A DNA stretch of 64,000 nucleotides from Gracilinanus agilis. Taxonomy: Eukaryota. The translations under genes and the position numbers were made by a program. This document shows, one piece after another, positions 11,244 through 24,616 of the stretch. The notes below the pieces were generated by a model that was not told the DNA's origin, ran no database searches, and saw only the letters and a program-made list of their open reading frames with translations. Location: NCBI RefSeq assembly GCF_016433145.1, contig NC_058135.1:105202219-105266218 (forward strand), given 5' to 3'. Each line of letters begins with the position of its first letter. The stretch's first letter is position 1.

Positions 11244-12217
11244 TCCATTTTCTCAGTCATTAGAAATGAATTCAACCTTATTACTTGTGAGGACATAATT
11301 TTGAATTCTCAACTTGAAACCTTCTAAAATTTATCCAGAAATAGAAACTACATGAGTCTACTCATTACCAGGTAAAGACACAGGATTTTGTAATAAAGAT
11401 CTTTTGATATCAGAAGACTATTTAATACTGACTTCAACCTGTGGGTGCTCACTGGTATATAATCACCAACATATCAACACTTATGGAAGATAGTTAAATG
11501 TGCTCTGTCCCTAAAAGATGATAATCACAGAACACCGAACCTAATTATGAACTGCAGAATTAGCATTTCTCTCTAACATACCATACGACAGAAACAGAAT
11601 CATTATAAAAAATGCTTCCAACTTGATTGTCGATTGGTGAAGAACCATTTTCATTTCTATGGTTCTTTTTTTTTTTTTTTTTGCCTGAAAATGTCTTATG
11701 ATCTAAGAATGATATTTAGTACTTTTTAAAGAACAATTTACAAATGTGAGCTTGCTGCTCAAAGGACCTTCCCCCCAAATGATTATGAGTCAGGATATCC
11801 TCAAAGCATTTCAGATTTTGTACCTGTAAATATTTGGACTTTGGTCTTTTAGAAAAGTGCTTTACATTTAAGGCTACATTGTGATTCTAATTAATCTTTT
11901 AAAAACTCAAACATGAAAAAACTATTCAAAGGCCAAAGAAGGTTATTTAATCTACCTCTAACTATACTTTCATGTGAGGGTAGGACAGTGGCAACATTGG
12001 CAAGAATGTTAAAGTGTTTGTTTTGCCTCATGAGGCTTCCCCTAAGACCATTTGAGTTAGGCAGGGCCAGTATTAGCTCCACTTTATAGATTAGGAAACT
12101 GAGCCTCAAAAAGATTAGCTATTCCTCAAAAGTCAGACTTCTCTAATAAATGATTGATTTGAACGTAGGTCTTTTTTTTTTAATATCTAAAGGACAGGGA
12201 AAAGAATGATAGATTTA

Positions 12218-12423
12218 TTTATTTTTTTTTAAACCCTTACCTTCCGTCTTGGAGTCAATACACAGTTATTGGCTCCAAGGCAGAAGAGTGTTAAGAGTAG
12301 GCAATGGGGGTCAAGTGACTTGCCCAGGGTCACACAGCTGGGAAGTGTCTGAGGCTGGATTTGAACCTAGGACCTTCTCTCTCTAGACCTGGCTCTCAAT
12401 CCACTGAGCTACCCAGCTGCCCC
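12218..12423 (-). mobile_element. Young full-length SINE1_Mdo-like element
   Basis: Near-consensus body. Perfect 16-bp TSD aagaatgatagattta at 12202-12217 and 12424-12439. Confidence 0.95.
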
Positions 12424-14778
12424 AAGAATGATAGATTTAGAGCTAGAAGAGTGGTACTTCAGTCTTACCTGCCACTTTACTACCTGCGTAACTTTGGGCG
12501 AGTTCCTTAACCTCTATGCTTCAGTTTTTCCAACTATAAACTAAAGTGGTATCCAAACTTCCCTTCCAACTCCAGCTCAATGACCCTAAGAAGGTGATAA
12601 GGGAGATAGAAAAGAAGATTTAGATGTCACTTTAGAGTCTGTAAACTACTTTAAGTACATTATCTCATTTGAATTTCATTTGAAATTCATCATATCCATG
12701 AGGTAAATGCTATAGCTATTATCATTTCCAGTTCATTGATAAGAAAAATGGATCTTCAAAAAATTAAGTGGTTTGCTCATAGTCAAAGGAAGAAGTGTCA
12801 GAGATGGGATCCAAGGTCTCCCTGGCTTCAAGTTGAGGACTCCATCCAGATATTTTTCAGGATGAACAAAAAGTTGATAAATAGCCCTAAACAAGCAGAG
12901 TTTCTAGAGTAGTTTCATTGGGCTTTTCTGCTTTAGTACATTATTATCAATATAACTGGTTATGTAGCTTTGTTTCTCCCACTGATACAACTTACATAAC
13001 TATAGTGGCTTGGTAAGAAATCACTTTATATAACACTGAAAGATTTGAAAAGAAACAATTAACTTCCATCAGGATTATTATTGAGGTCTCTAACAGGAAA
13101 CAGTCCCACCCTTGAGAAAACCCATTTTTAGTTTAACAAGGACTAATGTTTAGCAAAACTAAAGTTCCATTATATACTGCACATTATATTACTTGAAACA
13201 TGAACCATGGATAAAACACGAATGAATCAATATTACAATTACCCATATGGAAAGTATAAAAGCATGAAATTAAAATGTGCCTGAGCACAGAAAACAGCTA
13301 CAAATGGAGATTTCCCCAAAGCTTCGCCTTATGATTACATTTTAAATTACTTTTCATATTTAAATTTTTATCCAGTTAAGGATTTTCTTTCTCAAATGGG
13401 ATATTTTCTTTAATTCATTATCCCAATTGCTCAAATTCTGCTATTAGATACAAGAATTTTTACTGAAGTCTTTATTTAATTTTAGTAATTAGAAGTAAAC
13501 ACAAGGTAGCAATCAAACTGACCTTTTGAATTACTTCAGACCAAATTAGGTTTTTTTGTAATAAATTTACAGATTATTCAGGCATAGAGAATTCAGAAGA
13601 ACCGCAGTTTTCTGATAATCAGTCCCATGTGACATTATCATCCACACTCCTGAAGATATTGCTCATGGGCTCAAGAGCTGGAAGGGATCTTAGAGGTCTT
13701 CAGTGTAGTCCACAGTTCTGTTTAAATGCTACCTATTCTATTATAAAGACTTCTTAAAGTTTGGAAAGATTATGAATGCCTGATTAATTTAAAAAAAAAA
13801 AGATACCTATGCAAATGAAACTCATTACAAAAAAAAAAAAAAAAAAAGGAAAGGCAACCTTCTTTTTGGACCATTTTTCAATAATCAAATGCATTACCTA
13901 TTGGGAAGAATCCCCTTAGGGGAAGTTTGGAGACTTTTGATTCAACCCAGTATGGACTTCCATTTACTCTCTTGGATATCAGCATTTCCTCCATAAGGAC
14001 TTTCACTTGGTCCCTAACATTGGAATTGTTCAGAACTCAGACTCCAGAAGCCTTGATGAAACCAAGCTCTGACACTGTCTCTGATTATGATGAAGTCATT
14101 TTATCCTTCTGTGCCTCAATTTCCTCATCTGTAAAATTGGAGTAATAACTTTCACTACCTCACAAAGTTGTTGTGCGGAGATCTGAAATCTTAAAACACC
14201 ATATAAATGCAATATATTATTATTATAATCACTAAAATATTTGGGGTCCCAGAAAAATTCTTTTCTCCTAAGGGTCAAGAAAACCTCAAGATCTCTACTG
14301 CCCTTCTGTAAACAATGGCAGAGTTTCTCTATTTCACTGGCCTAGAACCTTTTTTGTTTGTTTGTTTTGTTTTTGTAGTAGAGGTGGCTTAGACTTATGA
14401 TTTTATCAATGAAAGGAACTCCTTGTCATGAAATTCCCTTCTCTAATATAGAGCTGAAATTATTCTGTAACTAGTACCTTAGAGTAATGCCTGAGTGACA
14501 GAGAGAGCAAACAAATCGCCTTGGCCACATAGCCATTCTGTATAATTAAAGGCAAGACTTGAGCCCACATTGTCCTGATTTTGAGACTAGTCATTCTTGC
14601 TTCTCCTAAAAGGAGAACTGTCATTAACAAAGGAATAATCAGATTTTTACAACCCTGTTCTATGCTATTCAAACCCTTCTGGAAATGAACAGTCAATATA
14701 AAGCCAAATGAATGGTTTATAATGGGAAAATCTTCTTCTAGCTAGAGAATATATTAAAGAACCCTAAGTAATGATAGA

Positions 14779-15010
14779 ACAGCTAGGTGGTACAGTGAAT
14801 AAAGTGCTAGGCCTGCAATCTTGAAGACCTGAGTTCAAATATTACCTCCAACACTTCCTAGCTGTGTGACCCTTATTTGCCTCAATTTCCTCATCTGTAT
14901 AATGAGCTGGTGGAGGAGATAAACCATTCCAGTGTCTTTCCAAGAAAACCCCAAATAAATAAGGTCACAAAGAGTCAGCCATGACTGAAAAGACTGAACA
15001 ACAACAAAAT
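14779..15010 (+). mobile_element. MAR1-like SINE
   Basis: tRNA-like head cagctaggtggtacagtg, core aatttcctcatctgta, tail aagaaaacccc...actgaacaacaacaa. Confidence 0.8.
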
Positions 15011-15594
15011 ATAATGTAGGAAAGTTGTTTGAGTTCTGGCCCTCAGTTTCCTCATTTGTGAAAACAAAGGCCTCAGACCAACCTCTTCCATCCCTGACAT
15101 TCTGTATCATAAGAGAATGTCCCCCTAGTTAAGAAGGCCAACTGAGAACAGTAACATCCCTAATGGAACAATATTATTTCCATTTCAAAGAAGGAGCTCA
15201 TTTCTAAGTTTTGGACTTTACACCATTCACTTTTATAGTATGGTAGCCACAAGGGAAGATAGGTCCAAAACATGGTCATAATTATAAAAACACTCTCTTA
15301 CATTTAGTACTCTCAGATGAAGAAACCAAAGATGTTGAAAACTCACCATGGTCTAAGAAGCCTTTGGAAATACTGGTCTGTATTTCCAAATTCCAAAGAG
15401 GTTTGAGTAGAAGGTCATTCAGGAGTCATTTATTGAGCCAGTAAGATCATCAAAGTGCAGAATGGAGAAAAAGAAGAGAACTGACCACAGAACTTTGGAG
15501 ACACATAGGATTACAGGGTAAAAGGAAAAGGAAAAAATAAAGTTCAGAGAAGGATTCAGAGAGGTAGGAGGAGAGCCAAATTGCCATGTTATAG

Positions 15595-17340
15595 AATCAG
15601 TCAACCATATGCATTTATTAAGTGCCAGTATACCAAGTACTTTATTAGATGAAGACAAAATGAAAGATTCTTCCCTCAGGAGAATACTTTCTCTTCAAAG
15701 AGACAATATGTACAGCTAATATGTACATATATAAAGTAAAAAAAAAGTCATTTGGGGAAAAGAGAAGGCATTAATAGCCAAGAAAATCGGGAAAGTCTTC
15801 AGATAATGTCATTTAAGCTTGAGTTTTGAAAGAAACTAAGGACTTTACAAAGCAGAACTGAGGAGAGAGTCCCTTCCAGTGATGAAAGAAAACTAGTATG
15901 GAGTCCTGAAGAAAGGAAACGGAATATCATTTGTGAGGAAGAACATAATGTCCAGTTTCGCTGATCTACAGAGTATGTGAAATAATGTGAGGTTCATGTG
16001 ATCATAGGTTTGAGATGGAAGGACACAGAAGTCATTGAATCTCAATTGTCTTATTTTGTGGGCAAAGAAAATTGAGCCTAGAAAGGCTGGATGGATTTGC
16101 TTAAGTTCACTGAGGTCAGAAGAAGAATCTGACCCTTGGTCTTCTTGATTACAAGTCTGGCACAATATCCATCATAGCCAGAAAGATAGGTTAGGATCAA
16201 GGTATGAGAGCTTTAAATAAAAATAAAAAATACAGAGGAGTTTACCTTTGGTTCTAGAGATATCAGGGAGACACTAAAACTGACTGTGTAAGGAAGAAAC
16301 ATGGTCAGACTATGCACTTCCTGGGTTGCTCCCCTGTGTAGCTAATCAAATCACCACTTTCACTTCTTCACTAGCAACCTGTACTTCCTCAGGTCCTTTG
16401 GTCCCTAGGATAGGTTTGCAGTGTCCAGACCTTCTCTCCCACGCAACTCTCCCACCATGGTTACCTGAGCACCACTGACCCTTGCTGAACTCCCTTTTAT
16501 GTATTGTCTTTCTCCCTCCATCACTTCCATGAGAATGCAGGTTCCTTGAAAGTAGATTAAGGGCTGACTAGAAGCAAAGAATAAAAGTATTTCATCAGTA
16601 TATAGAGACAGTGTGGTATAGTGGAGAGAAGGCTAGCCTTGAAGTTGGGAAGACATGAGGTCAAGACTTATTTCTGGCAATAAGAAAGTAACTTAACTCA
16701 TTGCAGTATCCCTAATAAGTCTCTTAAGAGTATGCATAAGTTACAGATGAATTGTGACAATAGAAGGGATTGCCAAAATACTTTTCTGCACTGATAAAAT
16801 CATATATACATATAAAACTTCCCCACCACCACCACTGTGGATGGTGGGGAGGAAGAGAGATGAATTAACAGTGTGAAACAGAACATAGAGATCATGGATA
16901 ACGAGGACTTGGCATTTGGTTGTCAGTGAACTTTGGAAAAACAAAATGAGTGTTGAGAATAGAAATCAGATGGAGTGGAACTAAAGAATTTGTGGAGAGT
17001 ACTGAACTATAGTCAGCAAGTGTAAACTATGCTTTCAAAAGTATTTGGAGTGTAAAAAACCTAACGAAAATAAAATGGGAAAGTGGAAAGATGGTTTGAA
17101 TGGTTTGTTTTTAAGAATAAGGGAAATCAGGATATTTGCAGGTAGAGAAGAAGATTCTAATAGGAAGTTGAAAGATCAAAGGGTGGGAGTAGAATCAGGA
17201 AATGTAGAAACAAAGGCACAGTGGAAGATTGTTAGTCTTGCCAAAGAGAAGGCTATTTTTGGAAACTTCAATAAAATGGATAGCCTTCCTAAATGTTATC
17301 TAGCACCTATTTACTTATAAGCAACTTGTATGCTAATGAT
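15595..17340 (-). mobile_element. Fragmented L2 block with embedded MIR copies
   Basis: Starts tcagtcaaccatatgcatttattaagtgcc (L2 3' end, reverse) and continues with purine-rich L2 segments. MIR-like pieces lie near 15990-16170 and 16610-16720. Confidence 0.55.
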
Positions 17341-17404
17341 CAGTCCTTCCAATTCCTTGAAGTAATCCCCCTAAAGACCTCCATAATATAATAATATCTT
17401 TGAC

Positions 17405-17625
17405 CAGTAGTGTCAGATTCAAATAGAAACAGGAACTACTAAATTGTACATAAAGACTCTTGCTAACCACATATTTACTTAGAAAAACTCTTATTAACAT
17501 TTTCTATGTCCTATTGAATTTTTTATTTAGTTTGTGAAATATTTCTCATTTACATTTTAATCAAGGTCAGGCTATTCTCAGAAGTATTTCTGGCCAGTGT
17601 GAGCTATGTTTTCAACCTCTCTGTC
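17405..17625 (+). mobile_element. Non-autonomous hAT-type DNA transposon fossil (MER63/Charlie-like marsupial MITE; family tentative)
   Basis: cagtagtgtcagattcaaatagaaacagg...aacattttctatgtcctattg...tttacattttaatc. Related copies occur at about 38010-38190 (-), 41592-42060 (split), 46825-46900 and 54235-54325 (-). Confidence 0.6.
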
Positions 17626-19634
17626 TTAGACCAATTCTATGTAATATATATATATATATATATACACACATAGATATTTATTTTGTATATATGTATATAC
17701 TTTAAATGCATTATTATAGTTAATATATTATTTTTCCAAGGTATAGAAAAAAATCTCATAATCATCACAAATCTGAAGTAGATAATATAAATATTATCCA
17801 TTTTATAGATAGGTAACCAGAGGCTCATTGTGGTTCCAGTTATGTGCCTTTGATCACTTAGTTAGTAAGAGGAGGACTTGGACTGTCTTTTGGAAACAAG
17901 TCTAATGCTTTAACCTTTCTACTCTGTGCTGCCTATATCTCTTTTGAAAATGGTCTTTAATCTAAACTTTTACCAGTTTTATATAAACTATCCTCCTAAT
18001 TCTTCTGAACCAGTCAAAATGGTTTACTGGAAAAGTAACCACAAGTGAAATGCCCAGTTTTAAGTAAGAGTTTGCACATAGACCTAGCCTAAGTGTGGTC
18101 AGACTGAGTAGACAGAAGGGTGGCTCAATTCGGACATGAAAATATAATTACTGGCATAAAGATCAGTTCCCTTTTCTGGAAATATTTGTCAGTTTCACAT
18201 TGATCTGTAGAAACTTGAGGGCCATGAGAATGTGCTGGGATCAATGTTAATGAGCCAATATTTATTAAATGCCTAATAATGGGGACACAAAGACAAACCT
18301 GTAACAGTCCCTACCCACAAAACCTTCCATTCTATCAGGGGGAGCTATAGACAAGGTGACTGTAAGACAATTTAAGGGAGGACACTGCCATCTTGGGGAA
18401 AATAGGGATGATACTCTTTTACTGGAATTTGTGCTTTTTTTGTATTTGAATTCTCAGTGCCCACCACAATACTTGGCAAATAAAAGGTTTTTAATACATG
18501 CTTATTAATGAACTAATGATCGATCAAGTAAGGTCTTTGGAGACCTTCTTCTACACTCCTCTTTGACCTCATAGGGAATCGTTATTTGCCTCTCTACCCT
18601 CTTCTCCAAAATTTTCTCTTCTATCTATCCATCTGGCCATGAAATAGGTTTTTTCCTGGTTATTATCAATACTTGTTTCATGGTACTAGATGAGTGACCT
18701 AACCTCTCAATAATCTCGGCAACTCTCTAAATCTGTACATCAAAGAGAAAGTGCCAGCCTGCATGGATAGTTTCCTCATCCCCAAGTTATCTACAATGAT
18801 GAGGTTACAGAACTAGTTCCTATGCCAATTGCTAATCCACCTGTTTCTGTTCTCTCTTTGGAGGCAAGGTAGACATGTTAAATCACCAATAGAGCAGGAC
18901 TGAAATTGCCCAAAGCAGGGTTGGTTTGGGTCTAAAATTCTCTGTACTATTCTCTCCCACATGGCCGCATGGACCCCGGATGGTACCTGAAAGAGAAGAC
19001 AGGTGATAACGCCTGCCCTTTAGAGGCTCTGTATGCATCGGGCTTTTGATGCCATCCTGGCTTTTCCACTCATGAGGAAGAAACTCACTCACTGTTCCTT
19101 TGAGCAGTGGTGACACCCTATTCGGTTTCCTCAGCATCCTTCATAGTACTTTGAAAGGAAACTTCCTGTCACTTTGATTTGGCACCGAGGCTCCTGAGTG
19201 TTCACACTCACCCATCCAGTTACAGGGACTGAAAGCACACATTAGTAATTACAGCTTCCCTCCTGCCCCAAGTCTTGACTCTGTGATCACAGAAGTCGCC
19301 AGCTGGTATCACATATAGGTCAGTTCCTCCTTTGTTGATTCACTTCCACTTTAAAAGCAGGAAATGATAAAATTTCCCAGGTCCCTGGAAGTGGAGAGTA
19401 GACAAACTCACCCCCTAATAACAGAGGGTAATTTCTCTGCATTGAGTTCATTAGGTAAATCACAGTCTTCCTAATTACCTCTCCTTTATATTTGTATATC
19501 TCTAAGATGGTTTTGTATTGTCGCCGTGATTAGACTGTCAATTCTAAGAGCAAGAATATATTTTTTGCCTTTTCATGCACTCCCAGCTTCTTGGGCAATG
19601 CATGGCATTTAGTAAACACTAAAGAAATGCATTT

Positions 19635-19765
19635 TGGGGAGCAGTAAGGTGGCTCAGTGGATGGAGAGTCAGTTGACCCCAATTGCCTAGCCCTTACTAC
19701 TCTTCTGCCTTGGAACTGATATTTAGATATTAATTCTATGACAGAAGGTTAGGATTTTTTTTTTA
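19635..19765 (+). mobile_element. Internally deleted SINE (head joined directly to tail)
   Basis: ggtggctcagtggatggagagtcag is joined straight to ttgaccccaattgcctagccc; the CORE segment seen in other copies is absent. Confidence 0.75.
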
Positions 19766-20469
19766 ATGCTTGCTGCCTCACTGGTTGACTGACTGAAAGA
19801 ATAGTTTAGAAAGAAATTATTTTAAGCCAGAGAAAAACACCAACTTGTGTCCCTTTTAAAGGCTTTATTGTCTGCTTTAAAAAAAACATAGAAATCCCAG
19901 CTAAGGCTTAATCTCCCTGAAGGGGTTTTCAGCAACCAAGACACAAGATATATACACAATTTAGGATAACAGCATTTGCTGTGGGATGTGTACCAACTTA
20001 TTCCATAAGCAAGGTTTTGGACCCCTGTGTTTATGCGGGACCCTTTTATGTTTTATAGATAAATCTCCTCTTCTCAATGCTGTCTGTATAATTGGACTAG
20101 AGGACAAGCATGTTAAGCAGACTTTATTGTCATTCAGTTAATAACTAGCTTCATTTTGGTCATTCTTAAGCTCATTATTTAAAGAACATTCTATATTGCA
20201 CTGACTGTTGAAAAATAACATTCCCTAAAGAGAAGCTCTGTAAAAGAAATCCACAGAATCAAAAGAATCGTGAATTATTTTTTAACAATAGAAGGAACCA
20301 TGCAAGTATGGGAAGGAACCCATGGAATCCTACTGGAATTGACCATGGTAGGGACTAGAGGAGAAAGGAGGGGAAAGGAAACCCTTCAATAGTTAGCCCT
20401 TCTCAGCTTGGCTTTCTGGTAACTACACCAGCTTCACTATCTTTCACATCTAAGATTTGACATCGATCT

Positions 20470-20615
20470 TCTTTTCTTTTTTAACATATTTTCATATCTT
20501 TTGTTAAATATCTCCCAATTACAATCATTTCTTAGAATTTTGAATCCAAAATTCTCTCCCTCCCCCACTCACAGAAAAGGTAAGCGATCTGATATCGATT
20601 ATACGTGGGAAGTCA
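20470..20615 (-). mobile_element. Old L1 3' end fragment
   Basis: ttttgttaaatatctcccaattac...aaattctctccctccccc, similar to the copy at 27745. Confidence 0.6.
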
Positions 20616-21420
20616 CTGCATCAATTTTCTAACGAGGTCCACAGTAAGAAGTGATAATGGATATTGTTTAGGTCAGAAAATACAACCTTGCCATGAGATC
20701 AGTTGTCTTTTGGCTCAGTTCTTTGGATTTTGTGGTTGACACCCTAGACAATCCTACCTAGCTTTGAGTTTCTTGATGCATTTACGTTATATTGTCAAGG
20801 AAACTCCACTTCTGTGTCTCCCCAGTGTAAAGCATTCCTAATGTTGCAAAGCTCAAATCACAATCATTTCCCATAATGTATGAGATCACATGCTTTCCTG
20901 AAGTACACAAAGCTATTACTTTTCTTTTATTGGATATCATGTCATTAAATGAAGAGAATTTGTGCCTGAGGGAGAATGTTTATAATGTGTATATTAAAGC
21001 ATTTAAAGTTAAAATAATTCCAAAGCCTTAATTTCCCACCACTCTCGTGCCTCCAGGAAATGTGGCACTGTTTAGTACAGGCCGTTAGATTCATGAAGCT
21101 TTAGTAACAAGAGTGACATAATATCTCTAATTTGTATGTAAATTGATTGCAATCAACAGTCTTCTCTTGATTTGTGAAATTAAAGGAATAACTTAATAGT
21201 CATTTCATTTTTTATGACTTTAACATCACCCACAATTGACACCTGTTGGATTTTTTTCCTTCCCCCCCTTTAAACTGAAATTCCCAATACTGAAGAATCT
21301 CTAAGGATGTTATAAGAAGGATCATTTAAGATGTCACAATATTACTTCAAAGAGCTTCTATAATTCACAGGAAATGTCTAGCCAGTTTGGACTCCAAATA
21401 CTATTGTCGATGATGGATTC

Positions 21421-21610
21421 TTTTTTTTTTTAATACTATCTTTTATTTAATTAATTAATTTAGATCATTTTTCCATGGTTATAGAATTCATGTTCTATCC
21501 CTCCCCTCCCAAACCCTCCCATAGCCAACACACAATTCCCCTGGGTTTTACATGTGCCATTGATCAAGACCTATTTCCATATGATTGATATTTGCCCTAG
21601 AGTGATCATG
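21421..21610 (-). mobile_element. 5'-truncated L1 3' end
   Basis: Poly-T, then ttttccatggttatagaattcatg...ttgatcaagacctatttccat. Flanking repeat tggattct at 21414-21421 and 21615-21622. Confidence 0.85.
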
Positions 21611-23494
21611 AAGCTGGATTCTCCTTGAGCATGATACAGATACTGGTTCTGAAGTCAGAGGACTTAGGTTCAAATTCTATCCCTGACTCTTAACCTGTGT
21701 GACCATAGGCAAGTTATTTGTTTATTTATTATTTTTTTTAAAAGCTATTTTGGTAGATGTTATCTACCTAGCACCTCCCTTTGGACTATCTCTGGGATAT
21801 ATTTCCAGAAACATGTTGTATGAATTCTAATAGAAAATCAAAAAGAATATATTTTCTCAGTCTGTCTCTCTCTCTCTCCTTTCCTTTCTCTTTCTTTCTC
21901 CTCCCTCCCTCCTTTCCTTCCTTGCTTCCTTTTTTACTCCCTTCTCACCAATCAGAACCTATATTTTCCCAGGGCTATATTTCCTTAATTAGGCAATCTA
22001 TTTAAACTCTCTGGACCTTAGACTAGATGACTTCTGAGGCCCCTTTAAGCTCTGGATCTAGGATCCCCTGATGAATGGAGACCAAGCATTATACCTCTTT
22101 GCTTCATTCTTAGAAAACCTTACAAATGCTCTTCATTTAGTATTCAACATTGAAGAATCGGGCAACAAAAGAAAGGGCTACAAATATAACTAGCATAAGC
22201 AAACCTTGTCAAGATGACTCCCATTCCATGAATGATGTCTGGCCCTATTGCTAAGCTGGATAATTTAGTGAGTGACTGAACGTAGCAGTTTGCTTCTTAG
22301 AAGAAAAAAGAGATTTTAGAATGAGTTTTCTTGCTTGTTCACTTGATAGAAGCCATCATAATAAAAGGACAAAATTCATCTCAAATTAGGAGGCATATTT
22401 GACCATTCAAGTTCCTCCTTTTAAAGTCCAGTTTTAGTATATTTAACTCAGGCCGCATCATTTCTGTAATAAGGTACCAAAACTGAGAGTTGGCCTTCAT
22501 TTTGGGGTGGAAACACACTTTCAGGTGTTTAGGCTAAGTGGGTAAATCTTTCCCCTATGCTTTACCTTATTGTCTTGAATTGGTGGTATGAAAGGGAGCT
22601 GGTGCTATTACCCAAAGTCTAGAAGAACAAAAATTCTGCGTTTTCTTAGAGGCTCTTAATGGCCCTCCCTGTCGCTCTACTGCTCTTTTTGAATATTTTT
22701 TAAAAATTACTTTTCTGTTTAAGTTCTCTTTTTAGTATTTCGACACGTTGAAAGATCCTGATTTCCTCAGTCTGGGGAATCCCTCCACTTACATGTGGTT
22801 CCACTACATCTTGGCTTTCATGAATTACTTTGGTTTAAAAAAGAAAAAAAGAACCTATTAACCTCCTGCTTGTGAACCTCTCCAAACTTAGCTGCTCTGA
22901 CACTGCAATGCCAGGAATACAGAATTGAGGTCACTCGATCTACATTCAAAACCTTCTCTAGTTTGACAGGGCCTGTCAAGGTCTGTGCCTTTGAGAACCA
23001 TCGTGACCAAGGGAGTGCACGACCACTGAAGCATATGCATGAAACTGAACAAAACTTGTATAGCGACCATTGACTTCTGCTATGGTGTTGGTCAGATCAG
23101 AGGGAGAAATGTGGGGTGTGGGAATCTATATTTTGGTTATTCAGATGTGATAAATTAGGAAGTAGTGTAGCACATTCAGCATGACAGTAGACCTTACAAA
23201 TATATCTATAAGTCATGTGTTGACTTATTTTGAGAATAAAGGGTAGGAGAGGAAGCGAGTCTCTTAATCCATTTTCTGGTGTGAGCAACCGAAGTAAGCT
23301 GCTTCTTCCTTTCCTTTCTCATTGGGTAGGATTTATTCCCATTCTGCCATATAATCTCTTCCAGATTAATTGCAGTCTCTAAACTGGGATCTCTTTATTT
23401 TTGAGGAAGTTGAAAAGAGCTTGAATCTTCATTCCATAAATGAATGAACAAATGAATGAAGAATTTAAGTGCTTACTTACTAGGTTCAAGGCAG

Positions 23495-23741
23495 GCTTCT
23501 TGGTGGCACAGGGTATGGAATTCTAGGCTTGAGTCAGGAAAACTCATTTTCCTAAACTCAGATCTGACCTCAGACATTGTCTGTGTGACTCTGGGCAAAA
23601 TTACTTAACCCTGTTTGCCTCAATTTCTTCGCCCATAATATGAGCTGGAGAAAGAAAAGGCAAATCACTACAGTGGTTTCTTTGCCAAGAAACCCCCAAA
23701 TGGGTTTATGGAGAGGCAGACATGACTGAACAATAACAAAT
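23495..23741 (+). mobile_element. MAR1-like SINE
   Basis: Head ggtggcacag, core gtttgcctcaatttc, tail tttgccaagaaacccc...actgaacaataacaa. Confidence 0.8.
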
Positions 23742-24080
23742 GTTCAAGGCAGTGATCAAAGGTGCTTAATAGGTGGACCACAGTCATTGAGGATGAGGGA
23801 GATTGGTTAAGGAGCAAGCACAGTATACTTCTGTTTGTATCCTTCCCAAAAAGAGTAAAAGTCCTGTTTGGGGATATATGTGTATGCAAATTCAAAGGTT
23901 AAATAATATCTCTGTTACACTTTCCCCATAATAGTCCTATAAAGCAGGTAATAAAAAATAGTATTCTCACACCTCATTCCCATTTTTCAGAAGAAGAAAA
24001 TTGTCTCAGGCATGTAAGTAGCAAGTGGAAACAATCTCAATCAGAATTTTTAATTTCAAGGGAACAAAATCTGGAGATGA

Positions 24081-24232
24081 GGGCAGCTAGGTAGCTCAGC
24101 AGGAGGACCTGGGTTCAAATGTGGCCTCAGACACTTCCTAACTATGTGACCCTGGGCAAGTCACTTAATCCCTAACATATTGTTCTTACTGTTTTTCTGT
24201 CTTGATCCTAAAACAGAAAGTAAGAGTTAAAA
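24081..24232 (+). mobile_element. CORE-SINE with internal deletions
   Basis: gggcagctaggtagctcag head. Perfect 15-bp TSD aaaatctggagatga at 24066-24080 and 24233-24247. Confidence 0.9.
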
Positions 24233-24616
24233 AAAATCTGGAGATGATCAAACACTAAGATATTCCAGATGGAACCAAATTGAACACCTTTTTTGGTTAT
24301 TCTCTTCCCTCTCATCATCTCATCTCTCTTTCCCCATCTCTTCCTTCTCTAAAGTGCTTCCTTAAAAAAAAAATGAATTAGAATGTTGCTATTAAATCAC
24401 TTCAAGACAACATTTTAAGGAAGTCCTTGACATCCAACAACAATTTTGATGTTTCTTTTCCTCACTAAATTCATTCGTTCTGATGTCATGTCAACCCAAC
24501 CTAAGCATCTGTTTGGAAAAGCTAACGTGTCATTTGACTGCCTTTTAGCATGTGGTGGAGTGAATAATCATTTACCAAGCTTGTTATAAAGACACTGATA
24601 ACCAGAAGGTCTATAT

